In this document: one piece after another, positions 1-9,234 of the stretch
Layout of the letters: every line of letters begins with the position of its first letter
Position numbering within the stretch: the first letter of the stretch is position 1
From: Bacteroidota bacterium
Lineage (GTDB): Bacteria > Bacteroidota > Bacteroidia > AKYH767-A > OLB10
DNA: 64,000 nt
Reading direction: 5' to 3'
NCBI GenBank assembly: GCA_029547265.1
Contig: JAKPPP010000426.1
Span: 9,206-73,205 of the forward strand
Made by a program: the position numbers and the translations under genes
The notes under the pieces: model-generated
Database searches by the model: none
The model's input: the letters and a program-made list of their open reading frames with translations, nothing else
What the model was told of the DNA's origin: nothing

Positions 1-113
1 CCGCCATCGGAATCTTCCGCAAATCGACTAAAACGTTCAATAAAGCGCTCCTGCCCATGCGTTGGAACCACTGATAACGAATCATATAAGAGGGCGCGCA
101 CCCTAGCGGCCAT
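1..113 (-). CDS. 5' end of an unidentified protein-coding gene (first 37 codons; continues beyond the window edge)
   Basis: The ATG at 113-111 (minus) opens the frame MAARVRALLYDSLSVVPTHGQERFIERFSRFAEDSDGG, which runs off the window. A -7-like box lies upstream at 148-155 (minus). No family recognised. Confidence 0.3.
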   Translation of the reverse strand, partial: MAARVRALLYDSLSVVPTHGQERFIERFSRFAEDSDG

Positions 114-147
114 ATCACCTTTCACAATAATAAATTATATTTAGGAA

Positions 148-155
148 CAAAAATA
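148..155 (-). promoter_or_regulatory. Bacteroidota -7 box TAttTTTG (minus strand) for the edge gene
   Basis: The plus strand reads CAAAAATA, which is TATTTTTG on the minus strand, 35 nt upstream of the ATG at 113. No clear -33 element. Confidence 0.35.
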
Positions 156-173
156 GGCCATTCAGGAATTCCT

Positions 174-181
174 TATTTTTG
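174..181 (+). promoter_or_regulatory. Bacteroidota -7 box TAttTTTG upstream of the DUF3822-like gene
   Basis: Exact TAnnTTTG match. The T at 174 is 16 nt before the ATG at 190, which implies a very short leader. Confidence 0.4.
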
Positions 182-189
182 GACCATCC

Positions 190-1065
190 ATGGAAGAAGA
201 AATAATTCAGATCAATCTTAAGCACGAAGTCGTTGATGAATCGTTCGAACACGGCATGACCGAACGGGCGGCCTTTGTTGCGACGCTCGACGAACATCAA
301 TTCTGCTATTTCGTCCTCGACCTAGCGAGAAGGAAAGTAGTAGTGATGAAAGACTATCACATCATTCAAGGCAGCGGAACTTCATTGGGATTTTTCAAAT
401 CGATCATTGAACAAGACGAAATACTTGGAAACCTTCAAGCGGAGAAGATAATTTTTGGCATTCATAGTAATTGCAGCACATTTATTCCTGATCCTTTATT
501 TAGTAAAGATCATATGGAAGAAGCGTTGAAATTAGTTTGCCGACCGGAAGCATCCGATAATATTTACGAAGATCACATAAAAATAGCAGATACTCACTTA
601 ATTTACAATGTACCTGAATCTTTTCTTAAAGAAACAGGAGATATTTTCAAAGAAGCAATATTATTCAATGCCAAGTCTAATTTCATTGAAATGCAATTGA
701 TGATGAATAAGCATCGTCAATTACCATTCTTAGCAGTGAATGTTAGAAAACATAAAATGGATATCTTAGTATGCAAAGGCAATGAATTATTATTCTGTAA
801 TACATTTGAGCAACATACCGGTGAAGATTTCATTTATTACCTACTCTATGTGATGGAGCAAATGCAATTGAGTCCGGATGTAAACCAAGTAATGGTTTAC
901 GGTGAAATCGACAGAAACTCATCAGCGTGGTTAGTAGCACAGAAGTATATTCGCTACATTTCACTCGGTGAAAAGCCCGATAATATAGAATACTCATACG
1001 GATTTAGTAATATCAGCAGTTCACAATATCATCTATTATTTACTCAAGCACTGTGCGTATTATAA
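190..1065 (+). CDS. DUF3822-like hypothetical protein
   Basis: 291-aa ORF with no signal peptide or TM segment. Its 3' end overlaps rsmD by 13 nt. Size and position upstream of rsmD-coaD fit DUF3822-family genes of Bacteroidota; the assignment rests on remembered synteny, not on a motif. Confidence 0.45.
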   Translation: MEEEIIQINLKHEVVDESFEHGMTERAAFVATLDEHQFCYFVLDLARRKVVVMKDYHIIQGSGTSLGFFKSIIEQDEILGNLQAEKIIFGIHSNCSTFIPDPLFSKDHMEEALKLVCRPEASDNIYEDHIKIADTHLIYNVPESFLKETGDIFKEAILFNAKSNFIEMQLMMNKHRQLPFLAVNVRKHKMDILVCKGNELLFCNTFEQHTGEDFIYYLLYVMEQMQLSPDVNQVMVYGEIDRNSSAWLVAQKYIRYISLGEKPDNIEYSYGFSNISSSQYHLLFTQALCVL

Positions 1066-1589
1066 GCGGAACATATCGAGGCAAACAATTAATTGCACCC
1101 AAACAATTGCCGGTGCGTCCTACAACAGATTTCGCCAAAACAGGATTGTTTAATATTATAAATAATTTATATAATTTCAATGCTGTTAGTTTCCTTGATT
1201 TATATGCCGGAACAGGAAGTTTGAGTTTCGAATTTTTATCAAGAGGATGCAAAGACATCACCAGCATAGATATGCATGGAGGATGTTGTAAGTACATTAA
1301 AACCACTGCCGCATTACTGAATAACAATAACGCATTATCCGTAATACAAGCCGACGTTATAAAATTCCTATCGACAGCAATTAAACCCTACGATATAATA
1401 ATTGCTGATCCTCCCTATGCAGAAACGCCTGCAGAGGAATTAACTAAAATTGTATTTGAAAGGAAATTAATTAAACCGGGGGGTGTGTTTATATTAGAGC
1501 ATGCAACGGGCAATGATTTAAGTATGCATGCACATTATAATGAAACACGCAAATATGGTCATGTTAGTTTTTCATTCTTCAGACAATAG
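1053..1589 (+). CDS. rsmD: 16S rRNA (guanine966-N2)-methyltransferase RsmD
   Basis: GTG start. N-terminus MRIISGTYRGKQL, SAM-binding LDLYAGTGSLSFE and catalytic IIADPPY motif. Confidence 0.85.
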   Translation: MRIISGTYRGKQLIAPKQLPVRPTTDFAKTGLFNIINNLYNFNAVSFLDLYAGTGSLSFEFLSRGCKDITSIDMHGGCCKYIKTTAALLNNNNALSVIQADVIKFLSTAIKPYDIIIADPPYAETPAEELTKIVFERKLIKPGGVFILEHATGNDLSMHAHYNETRKYGHVSFSFFRQ

Positions 1590-1615
1590 ATATTAATCCA
1601 ATAGAACAAATCCTC

Positions 1616-2077
1616 ATGTCAAAAATCGCATTATTCCCAGGAAGCTTTGATCCTATAACTGTAGGACATGTTGATATCGTAATCAGGTCACTCGATTTAT
1701 TTGATAAGATAATAGTTGGCGTAGGACATAATTCGCAAAAGAATTATATGTTTCCATTACAAGACCGCATTGATTGGATTAAAGCCTGTTTTGAAGAATA
1801 TCCTCAAGTAGAAGTAAAAACATACAGCGGTCTAACTGTTGATTATTGCAAAGAAGTACATGCTAGATTTATCCTACGAGGCCTAAGAACCTCCGTCGAT
1901 TTTGAATTCGAAAAATCGATAGGTCAGATGAACCGATATTTAGAAAGCGGAATAGAAACCATCTTTTTATTATCAGCACCTCAGTACTCTCCTATCTCGA
2001 GCACCATTGTTAGAGATATAATTAAACACGGAGGCAACGCCGAACCATTTGTAGGATCGGGAGTAAAGCTAAAATAA
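1616..2077 (+). CDS. coaD: Phosphopantetheine adenylyltransferase
   Basis: 153 aa. FPGSFDPITVGHVDI nucleotidyltransferase motif and ISSTIVRD near the C-terminus. Confidence 0.9.
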   Translation: MSKIALFPGSFDPITVGHVDIVIRSLDLFDKIIVGVGHNSQKNYMFPLQDRIDWIKACFEEYPQVEVKTYSGLTVDYCKEVHARFILRGLRTSVDFEFEKSIGQMNRYLESGIETIFLLSAPQYSPISSTIVRDIIKHGGNAEPFVGSGVKLK

Positions 2078-2082
2078 AGAAA

Positions 2083-2928
2083 TTACTTCTTATTGATATA
2101 GTAATTCATCAACCCCTCTACCGGTTGCTTAACTATATTTCCGATCGTTATATTCAACTCATTCGCAACAGCTTTTAATTCCTTTTCGAAATAAAAAGCA
2201 ATTGATCCAACGAAATGAACTTTTACCTTTTGGTAATCGGGATAATTACAAACATATAAAGTCATGAAGTCACGGAAATTATTCATGATTAACTCGTGGA
2301 TATAATTATTATCGCGATGTTTTGTATAGAAAGTCGAGAAAGAAGCCAACCAAACATTCGGATTAGGCTTCTTGTACACAAAATCATTAATACTATCGCG
2401 TGTAAGATGATAAGTATTTTCGAAATCGGAATGAATATCAGCCGGCAATAAATCATAAAGGAAATGAGTAAGAATTTTTTTTCCTAAATGCGCTCCACTA
2501 CCCTCATCACCTAAGATATAGCCCATACCATAATTTCGTTCGTGTACTTTAACGCCATCGAACCAACAAGAATTCGATCCTGTTCCGGTGATACAAGAAA
2601 TTCCTGCTTCATTGCCACAAGTAGCGAATGCGCAAGCTAATAAATCGTGATCAACTAAAACATCGGCTTTACTGAAGAACTTACGTAATCCAACTGCAAT
2701 TTGCTCCTTTTTTGCTGCACTTGAACAACCTGCACCAAAGAATTTCACCTCCTTAACATCAGCCGCAAAAGCTGATAAATCGCTATTCTGAGTTAGTGTC
2801 TCATATACCAATTCTGAAGAATGGAAAAAAGGATTAAATCCCATAGTATGAAATGGGCCTTTAACTACTGAACCATCATACAATAACCAATCTGCCTTGG
2901 TAGAACCGGAATCACATACTAATAACAT
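2083..2928 (-). CDS. BadF/BadG/BcrA/BcrD-type ATPase, N-acetylglucosamine kinase-like
   Basis: N-terminal MLLVCDSGSTKADW, plus ITGTGSNS and GDEGSGAHLG sugar-kinase/ASKHA motifs. Confidence 0.7.
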   Translation of the reverse strand: MLLVCDSGSTKADWLLYDGSVVKGPFHTMGFNPFFHSSELVYETLTQNSDLSAFAADVKEVKFFGAGCSSAAKKEQIAVGLRKFFSKADVLVDHDLLACAFATCGNEAGISCITGTGSNSCWFDGVKVHERNYGMGYILGDEGSGAHLGKKILTHFLYDLLPADIHSDFENTYHLTRDSINDFVYKKPNPNVWLASFSTFYTKHRDNNYIHELIMNNFRDFMTLYVCNYPDYQKVKVHFVGSIAFYFEKELKAVANELNITIGNIVKQPVEGLMNYYINKK

Positions 2929-3051
2929 AGCGAAGAAGTTTATACAACAAATGACATTAAATTACCGGTCATAACCAATAAAATAGAGCAGTTATTTTAT
3001 AAAGTTTTTAACCGAGAATGTTAGTTGAATTAATTGCTTATTTTCGGGCGT

Positions 3052-4395
3052 ATGGCAACAACAGAACAACCACAACTTGAGCGTAAGCTTGGACTTTTCC
3101 AGAGCACGGTCATTAATATGATTGATATGGTAGGTATTGGTCCTTTTGTAGTTCTATCGATTGTAATACAACTCATGGGTGGACCATGGTTTCTCTATGC
3201 ATGGCTTGCAGGAGCCTTATTATCAATAATAGATGCAATGATTTGGTCGGAATTAGGAGCAGCTTTCCCCTTGGCCGGAGGAAGCTTCAATTTCTTAAGA
3301 GCATCGTATGGCGAAAAATCGTGGGGCAAACTCTTTTCATTCTTATATGTATGGCAAACCATGCTTCAAGCTCCTTTGGTTGTTGCCAGTGGGGCTATTG
3401 GATTTGCTCACTACTTTGGATTTTTAGTACCATTAAATGATGTTACATCACGAATAGTATCAGGAACTATTGTGATAGTACTAACGTTACTGTTATACCG
3501 AAAAATAGAAACCATTGGAAAAATCAGTATTCTTTTATGGAGTGGAGTAATTTTTACAATGTTGTGGATTATTTACGGTGGGATCAGCAACGGACATTTC
3601 ACTGAACCACTAAGGCATATTAACGATGGATTTACACTTAATGCTGCCTTTGCTGCAGCTTTAGGCGCGGCATCGGTTAAAACTATTTACAGCTATTTGG
3701 GATATTATAACGTTTGCCATTTAGGGGGAGAAATTAAAAATCCTTCGCGGAATATTCCTTTAAGTATGATCCTTTCTGTATTAGGAATTGCAGCACTTTA
3801 TATTTCAATGAACATGAGTGTGGTAAGTGTTATTCCTTGGCAAGAAGCAGCGAAATCAGAATTTGTGGTGAGTACCTATTTCGAAACACTTTACGGACAT
3901 AATGCAGCAATCATTGCAACCATTTTAATTCTGTGGGTAGCTTTTGCGAGTTTATTTGCCGTGATGCTGGGATATTCACGAGTACCTTATGCGGCGGCTA
4001 AAGAAGGAGAATTTTTTGAAGTATTTGCAAAGGTTCATCCTACCCGACATTTTCCTCATATTGCACTATTAGGATTAGGCATCACCGCATTTGTATTTAG
4101 TTTACTTTTTAAATTATCACAAGTCATAACTGCAATATTAGCTATGAGAATCGTAATACAATTTATTGGGCAAGCGATAGGATTAATAATACTAAGAAAG
4201 AAAAACAAAACTGTAATGCCATTTAAGATGCCTCTTTACCCTCTACCAATAATTTTAGCCATTTTAATTTGGGGCTTTATATTTATCTCCACAGGAAAAG
4301 AATTTATTTTGTCGGGAGGAATAGTAATAATTAGCGGGACGATAGTATATTTGATCAAATCGAAAAAGAGCCTTCAATGGCCATTCAACCAATAA
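3052..4395 (+). CDS. APC-superfamily amino acid permease
   Basis: Highly hydrophobic, roughly 12 TM segments, APC-like pattern. I prefer the ATG at 3052 (MATTEQ...) over the TTG at 3034 in the ORF track. A near-consensus TAttTTcG sits at 3039-3046. Confidence 0.8.
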   Translation: MATTEQPQLERKLGLFQSTVINMIDMVGIGPFVVLSIVIQLMGGPWFLYAWLAGALLSIIDAMIWSELGAAFPLAGGSFNFLRASYGEKSWGKLFSFLYVWQTMLQAPLVVASGAIGFAHYFGFLVPLNDVTSRIVSGTIVIVLTLLLYRKIETIGKISILLWSGVIFTMLWIIYGGISNGHFTEPLRHINDGFTLNAAFAAALGAASVKTIYSYLGYYNVCHLGGEIKNPSRNIPLSMILSVLGIAALYISMNMSVVSVIPWQEAAKSEFVVSTYFETLYGHNAAIIATILILWVAFASLFAVMLGYSRVPYAAAKEGEFFEVFAKVHPTRHFPHIALLGLGITAFVFSLLFKLSQVITAILAMRIVIQFIGQAIGLIILRKKNKTVMPFKMPLYPLPIILAILIWGFIFISTGKEFILSGGIVIISGTIVYLIKSKKSLQWPFNQ

Positions 4396-4396
4396 T

Positions 4397-4425
4397 AAAG
4401 CGCCCCGAAAATATCGGAGCGCTTT
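4397..4425. terminator. Bidirectional hairpin terminator between convergent genes
   Basis: AAAGCGCCCCG / CGGAGCGCTTT stem (one C.A mismatch) with a 7-nt loop, flanked by A and T runs. It lies between the permease stop (4395) and the stop of the minus-strand repeat-protein gene (4441). Confidence 0.6.
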
Positions 4426-4440
4426 ATTTATTTAGAATAT

Positions 4441-6564
4441 CTATTTATCCTTTAATTGCTTCCTCAAGTTTTGCAATTCGAGACTATAGATACTTTCCGA
4501 CATACTAGCGCTATTTTTAAAGTAGAAAACACCACCGTAACTATAAGTTACTTTCAAGTAAGTAGCCTGTATGTCTTTTGATTTGACAATAGTTCGAATT
4601 ATTGTTCTGTTTGGTTCAGTTATAGTTTCATCTTTGATACCATCGGGAACAAACTGTTTATCGAAATCTATTCGATAAGCACTAATATCATTAGGATTCT
4701 TTTTGGGTTGTGCTTGTGTAGCGCCACCTGAAGCTAAAGCTTTCTTTTGATCTTCGATCTCTTTCATTTTCTTAGCTTCAACTGCATCTTCTTCCTTACG
4801 CTTTTGTTCTAAAGCAAGCTTAGCATTTTCTTCTTCTTGTTTCTTTCTAACTGTTTCGAGGGAATCTTTCATTGCTTTAATTCTCTCTTCACGAGCAAGC
4901 ATTTCAATTCTGTTTTTCTCAGCAACTGTTGCCAATGAATCTTGACGAGATTTTTCGCGAACGCGAGCCAACGAATCGGCTGTAGCCTTAGCTTGTGCTT
5001 GTCGAGCTATTTCAGCTAAACGAGCTTGTTCCTTGGCGGTTGCTAATGAATCGGCAGTAGCTTTTGCTCTCGCAGCTTTCGCCAATTCATCCTGACGAGC
5101 TTTTTCCTTTGCTGCAGCTAAAGCATCTTGCTCTTCTTTCGCTTTCACTTTAGCAAGTGAATCAGCTGTAGCTTTTATTTGTGCTTGACGAGCTATTTCC
5201 GCTAAACGAGCTTGCTCTTTAGCAGTTGCAATTGAATCCGCTGCAGCTTTTTCTCTTTCCGCCTTTGCAATGGCATCTAATCTAGCTTTCTCCTTTGCAG
5301 CTTCTTTGGCTGCCAATTCTTCTTTAGCTTTTACAGTAGCAATAGAATCCGACACTGCCTTTTCGCGAGCTACACGAGCAATTTCTGCCAAACGAGCTTG
5401 TTCTTTAGCAGCAGCTATTGAATCTTGTTTTATTTTATCTTGAACTTTCGCTAATGAATCGGCCGTAGCTTTCTGTCGGGCAGCTAAGGCTAACTCCTCC
5501 TGACGAGCTCTTTCTTTCACTTGAGCTAAAGAATCGGATACTGCTTTTTCGCGAGCAGCTTTAGCCAATTGTTCTTGCTTTAATCGTGCATTAACTTGAG
5601 CAATGGAATCTTGAGCAGCTTTATCGCGAGCGGCTTGAGCTAACTGTTCTTTTTTAACATTATCGAGTGAATCCTGACGAGCTTTTGCTAAAGCAGCTTG
5701 CTCGATACGAAGACGTTCTTTAACTGCTAATAACGAATCCTGGCGCGATTTCTCCACCACCTTAGCTAATGAATCCTGCACAGCTTTTTCACGCGCTAAA
5801 CGAGCCGCTTCTTCTGCTTTGGCTTTCTTTTCAACAGCTGCGATTGAATCACGCTCTGCATTTTGTTTTGCTACCATAGCGGCAGCTATTTGCTGTTGAC
5901 GAGCATTCTCTTTTGATATTGAATCTTGTCGAACTTTTTCTTGTTCAGCTTGAATTTTTTGCAATGCTAGTTGCTTCGCACGAGCATCGGCAATAGAATC
6001 TTGACGAGCTTTCTCTGCAATAGCTTTTTTGGCAGCATCTTGTTTTGCTGCTTCTGCTGCCAACTTCACTTTCACGCTTTCAAGTTCTGTTTTACGTGTT
6101 TTTGAATATTCGGCATCGTAATCAAAATCTTCGTACATATCACTGAACGAAAGCTTCGCTACTGGTTTTTCCGCTTCCTTAGGTTGTTCGGCACCTTCCG
6201 GAGCTTTAAACAAATCCATTTTGAACTTAAAGCTAAAAATTTGCTTTTTGTAATCATCAGGAACTTTAGTATCAATAATTACCGATTTAGTAAAGCTTCC
6301 GTTCTTAGAGAAAACGATGGTATAATCATGTCCCAATTCAAGATTGATGATAAATTTTCCACCGGCAGAAGAAAGTACATTATCGACATTTTCATTACCC
6401 TTGAAAATTTTAATATCGGCACCTTCAAGACCTTTACTGTCTTGTAATACCGACCCGACAACTTCGAGGTATCCCTCTTGCTGAGCGAATGCGGAATAAG
6501 ACCCCATAAGCAGGCAAAAGACTACCATCAATTTAATTAAACGCATAGAGAAAGAAATATTCAT
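4441..6564 (-). CDS. Secreted repeat protein: signal peptide, CarboxypepD_reg-like beta-sandwich, ~440-aa Ala/Lys/Glu/Gln-rich DS(I/L)A repeat region, small C-terminal domain
   Basis: 707-aa ORF. Signal peptide LMVVFCLLMGSYSAFAQ, then GYLEVVGSVLQD...YTIVFSKNGSFTKSVIIDTKV, then long low-complexity helical repeats. C-terminus YRIDFDKQFVPDG...VTYSYGGVFYFKN. Confidence 0.8.
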   Translation of the reverse strand: MNISFSMRLIKLMVVFCLLMGSYSAFAQQEGYLEVVGSVLQDSKGLEGADIKIFKGNENVDNVLSSAGGKFIINLELGHDYTIVFSKNGSFTKSVIIDTKVPDDYKKQIFSFKFKMDLFKAPEGAEQPKEAEKPVAKLSFSDMYEDFDYDAEYSKTRKTELESVKVKLAAEAAKQDAAKKAIAEKARQDSIADARAKQLALQKIQAEQEKVRQDSISKENARQQQIAAAMVAKQNAERDSIAAVEKKAKAEEAARLAREKAVQDSLAKVVEKSRQDSLLAVKERLRIEQAALAKARQDSLDNVKKEQLAQAARDKAAQDSIAQVNARLKQEQLAKAAREKAVSDSLAQVKERARQEELALAARQKATADSLAKVQDKIKQDSIAAAKEQARLAEIARVAREKAVSDSIATVKAKEELAAKEAAKEKARLDAIAKAEREKAAADSIATAKEQARLAEIARQAQIKATADSLAKVKAKEEQDALAAAKEKARQDELAKAARAKATADSLATAKEQARLAEIARQAQAKATADSLARVREKSRQDSLATVAEKNRIEMLAREERIKAMKDSLETVRKKQEEENAKLALEQKRKEEDAVEAKKMKEIEDQKKALASGGATQAQPKKNPNDISAYRIDFDKQFVPDGIKDETITEPNRTIIRTIVKSKDIQATYLKVTYSYGGVFYFKNSASMSESIYSLELQNLRKQLKDK
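4920..5430 (-). repeat. In-frame 186-nt (62-aa) higher-order tandem repeat, about 2.7 copies, inside the repeat-protein gene
   Basis: The plus-strand string CGAGC(T/A)ATTTC(A/C/T)GC(T/C)AAACGAGCTTG recurs at 5003, 5189 and 5375, exactly 186 nt apart. It encodes AKEQARLAEIAR three times. Outer boundaries are approximate. Confidence 0.7.
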
Positions 6565-6627
6565 AGTTTGGTATTAGCGAAAGTAATAATCTTAACTGAA
6601 ACGCAAAGCATTTCAACATGTTGCATT

Positions 6628-7488
6628 TTAGGAGGCGAATACCGTGCCTGAAAACAACATTGCTTCAGAAAAAGCGGACATATCCAGATTAGTATTCACC
6701 TTATTTTCATTTAGATAGGAAATCAAATTTTCGGTTGCCAGGTTCCCAACTAGCTCATCCTCAGCCATCGGACAGCCACCAAAGCCTTTAATTGCGGCAT
6801 CAAATCGACGGCATCCTGATTGGTATGCAGCATTAACTTTATGCTTCCAATTATCTGCCGTACAGTGCAAATGTGCCCCAAATTCAACATTTGGCAAAGC
6901 CGGAATCAAATGACTAAATATTGTTTTTATAGCTTCAGGAGAGGCAACGCCTACGGTATCTGACATCGCTACAATTTTAACCCCAAGTTGTTGAATGGTA
7001 TTAACCCATTTAAATGCAATTTCTTCATTCCACAAATCACCATAAGGATTCCCGAAAGCCATCGAAATATAAACGACCAATTCTTTGCTGTTATTCACAC
7101 AAATAGATTGTAATTGTTCAACAGTTTTTAAAGATTGATCGATAGAACTATTTGTATTTCGCTGTTGGAAGGTTTCAGAAATAGAAAACGGAAATCCAAG
7201 ATATTTTATCTCCTCAAATTTTACTGCATCTTCTCCTCCTCTCACATTAGCAATAATGGCCAATAACTTAGAAGAAGTTTCGCTCAAATCGAGAGACGAT
7301 AAAACATCAGCGGTATCTCTCAATTGCGGTATTGCCTTAGGAGAAACAAAACTACCGAAATCGATTGTATCATATCCCACTTTCAATAATCGGTTGATAT
7401 AATTGGCTTTAACGGAAGTGGGAATAAAGTCATGAATTCCCTGCATTGCATCTCTAGGACATTCGATAATTTTCATTTTTATCGGCAT
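6628..7488 (-). CDS. Hydroxymethylglutaryl-CoA lyase (HMGL-like family)
   Basis: KIIECPRDAMQG...FGSFVSPKAIPQL N-terminal pattern and FGAHLHCT metal-binding region typical of HMG-CoA lyase. The start could be the Met 4 codons downstream. Confidence 0.85.
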   Translation of the reverse strand: MPIKMKIIECPRDAMQGIHDFIPTSVKANYINRLLKVGYDTIDFGSFVSPKAIPQLRDTADVLSSLDLSETSSKLLAIIANVRGGEDAVKFEEIKYLGFPFSISETFQQRNTNSSIDQSLKTVEQLQSICVNNSKELVVYISMAFGNPYGDLWNEEIAFKWVNTIQQLGVKIVAMSDTVGVASPEAIKTIFSHLIPALPNVEFGAHLHCTADNWKHKVNAAYQSGCRRFDAAIKGFGGCPMAEDELVGNLATENLISYLNENKVNTNLDMSAFSEAMLFSGTVFAS

Positions 7489-7496
7489 TATTTATA

Positions 7497-7523
7497 CAAA
7501 AAGAACCCGTTGATATCAACGGG
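7497..7523 (-). terminator. Rho-independent terminator after the DUF4920 gene
   Basis: Palindrome CCCGTTGATATCAACGGG (7506-7523), followed on the minus-strand transcript by UUCUUUUUG. Confidence 0.5.
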
Positions 7524-7547
7524 CTCTCACAATATTCTTTTTAATAA

Positions 7548-8051
7548 TTATTTGATGATTACACCGTCAGCTTCGAATGAAAGTTCCACTTTAGGCTCAG
7601 TGATTTTATTGATTTCCGCCTCTGATAAACCCTCGTCTTGTGCATAGTGACGAAGATCTTCTACAGAAGTAGTATCCATATAAGCCTTACCAGAAAACAC
7701 TGCTGTTTTTCCACCTGATGATTTAGGAACGAAGAAACCATAATCTTTAAATGTAACTCGCATTCCGGTTCCGTCACCTTTATCGATATTCATCCAACAT
7801 CCTTTTGTCTGGCAACATTCAGTTACTTTTCCTGTAACTTTCACTCCTGAAATTTCACCTTTTGCAGAACTCATCATTGCAACCAATGAATCCATTCCAA
7901 TCGCTCCGGCTTCATCAATTTTAGCTCCGAAATTTCCTGTTTCAGTGGTAGCTGCAGCAGCTTCCTGATTACCTTCTTTAGTTTCTGATTTCTGTCCGCA
8001 AGAGGCTAACCCTAACATTGCGATAGCAAAAATGGCTGTTAATTTTTTCAT
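7548..8051 (-). CDS. DUF4920-like lipoprotein
   Basis: Lipobox LGLASC, and the KVTGKVTECCQTKGCWMNI motif that I associate with DUF4920. Confidence 0.6.
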   Translation of the reverse strand: MKKLTAIFAIAMLGLASCGQKSETKEGNQEAAAATTETGNFGAKIDEAGAIGMDSLVAMMSSAKGEISGVKVTGKVTECCQTKGCWMNIDKGDGTGMRVTFKDYGFFVPKSSGGKTAVFSGKAYMDTTSVEDLRHYAQDEGLSEAEINKITEPKVELSFEADGVIIK

Positions 8052-8134
8052 GTGTTTTTATAATAATAAAGCCTGTTGAGGGGCTCTGTTAATTGCGATG
8101 CAAAGGTAGTTAAAAAGGCGATTTGAAGTGAAAT

Positions 8135-9151
8135 TTACAGACCTTTAAGAATGCTTTTAATCATACCGGGACCTTCATAGATAAATCCTGTATACACTTG
8201 TAATAAATCGGCACCGGCATCCAGCTTTTCCTTGGCATCTTCTGATGTAAAGATTCCTCCTACTCCGATAATCACTAAATCTTTCCCCGCTAGTTGTCGT
8301 AAATAACGGATAACTTCTGTACTTCGACTTTTTACCGGAAGTCCACTTAACCCTCCTTGCTCCTTAACTACTTCAGTAGCTGTTGTTAAACCTTGACGTG
8401 AAATAGTAGTATTTGTGGCTATTATTCCAGTAAGCTTTACTTCCTTAACAATCTCTACGATCTCTGTTAATTGTTCGTTGGTTAAATCAGGAGCAATTTT
8501 CAATAAAACCGGCTTTGGCTTTTCATTGGCTGAGTTCAATTTCATTACGTGTTTCAACAAAGCTGTAAGTGGTTCTTTATCTTGCAATTCGCGTAAACCA
8601 GGGGTATTGGGTGAGCTTACGTTTACCACAAAATAATCTACATAAGGAAACAAGGCTTCAAAGCAAATATCGTAGTCTCGTAAAGCCACTTCGTTCGGTG
8701 TAATTTTATTCTTGCCTATATTTCCACCAATAATCACTTTTCCCGACTGCTTTTTCAATCTTTCAACTGCCTTTTCTACTCCTTCATTGTTGAAGCCCAT
8801 GCGATTAATCAATCCTTTGTCGGCAGGAAGCCTAAACATTCGAGGCAAATCATTTCCGGGTTGTGCTTTGGGCGTTAATGTCCCGATTTCAATAAATCCA
8901 AAGCCTAAACAGCTCAATTCTTCAAACAACATGGCATTTTTATCGAACCCGGCAGCCAATCCAATTGGATTAGGAAAAGTTATCCCCATCACCATTTTCG
9001 ACAAATCGCGGCCCTTATATCCGTAAATACCTTTAACTAAAACAGCAACTCCCGGAATCTTAAATATTACCTTTAACAAATTGAATACCAAGTGATGAGC
9101 TGTTTCAGGATCGAACAGAAACAAGAACGGACGAATGAGCCTTTTGTACAT
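8135..9151 (-). CDS. pyrD: Dihydroorotate dehydrogenase (quinone), class 2
   Basis: [21 protein letters not shown] membrane-associated N-terminus, [19 protein letters not shown] and GGIFTSEDA motifs. Confidence 0.9.
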   Translation of the reverse strand: MYKRLIRPFLFLFDPETAHHLVFNLLKVIFKIPGVAVLVKGIYGYKGRDLSKMVMGITFPNPIGLAAGFDKNAMLFEELSCLGFGFIEIGTLTPKAQPGNDLPRMFRLPADKGLINRMGFNNEGVEKAVERLKKQSGKVIIGGNIGKNKITPNEVALRDYDICFEALFPYVDYFVVNVSSPNTPGLRELQDKEPLTALLKHVMKLNSANEKPKPVLLKIAPDLTNEQLTEIVEIVKEVKLTGIIATNTTISRQGLTTATEVVKEQGGLSGLPVKSRSTEVIRYLRQLAGKDLVIIGVGGIFTSEDAKEKLDAGADLLQVYTGFIYEGPGMIKSILKGL

Positions 9152-9197
9152 GACTGCAAGATTAATAAATTATCGCATTTAAGATATCAAATTTTAT

Positions 9198-9215
9198 TTT
9201 TAGATTTGTCTAAAA
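9198..9215. promoter_or_regulatory. Perfect 7-4-7 inverted repeat TTTTAGA-TTTG-TCTAAAA, candidate DtxR/MntR-family operator
   Basis: The palindrome, counted by hand, covers the -7 box of the repressor/transporter operon. Its TTAG...CTAA arms resemble DtxR-type half sites. Confidence 0.4.
9201..9208 (+). promoter_or_regulatory. Bacteroidota -7 box TAgaTTTG for the mntR-like/mntH operon
   Basis: Exact TAnnTTTG, 34 nt upstream of the ATG at 9235. The -33 element is weak. Confidence 0.4.
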
Positions 9216-9234
9216 TAATATTTTAAGTCGTCTC

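Noticed and set aside
9152-9234. A Mn riboswitch (yybP-ykoY type) upstream of mntH, or riboswitches upstream of glyA and guaB
   Set aside because: The intergenic regions are too short (83, 27 and 86 nt) and are accounted for by promoter, operator or terminator elements. mntH is preceded directly by the repressor gene.
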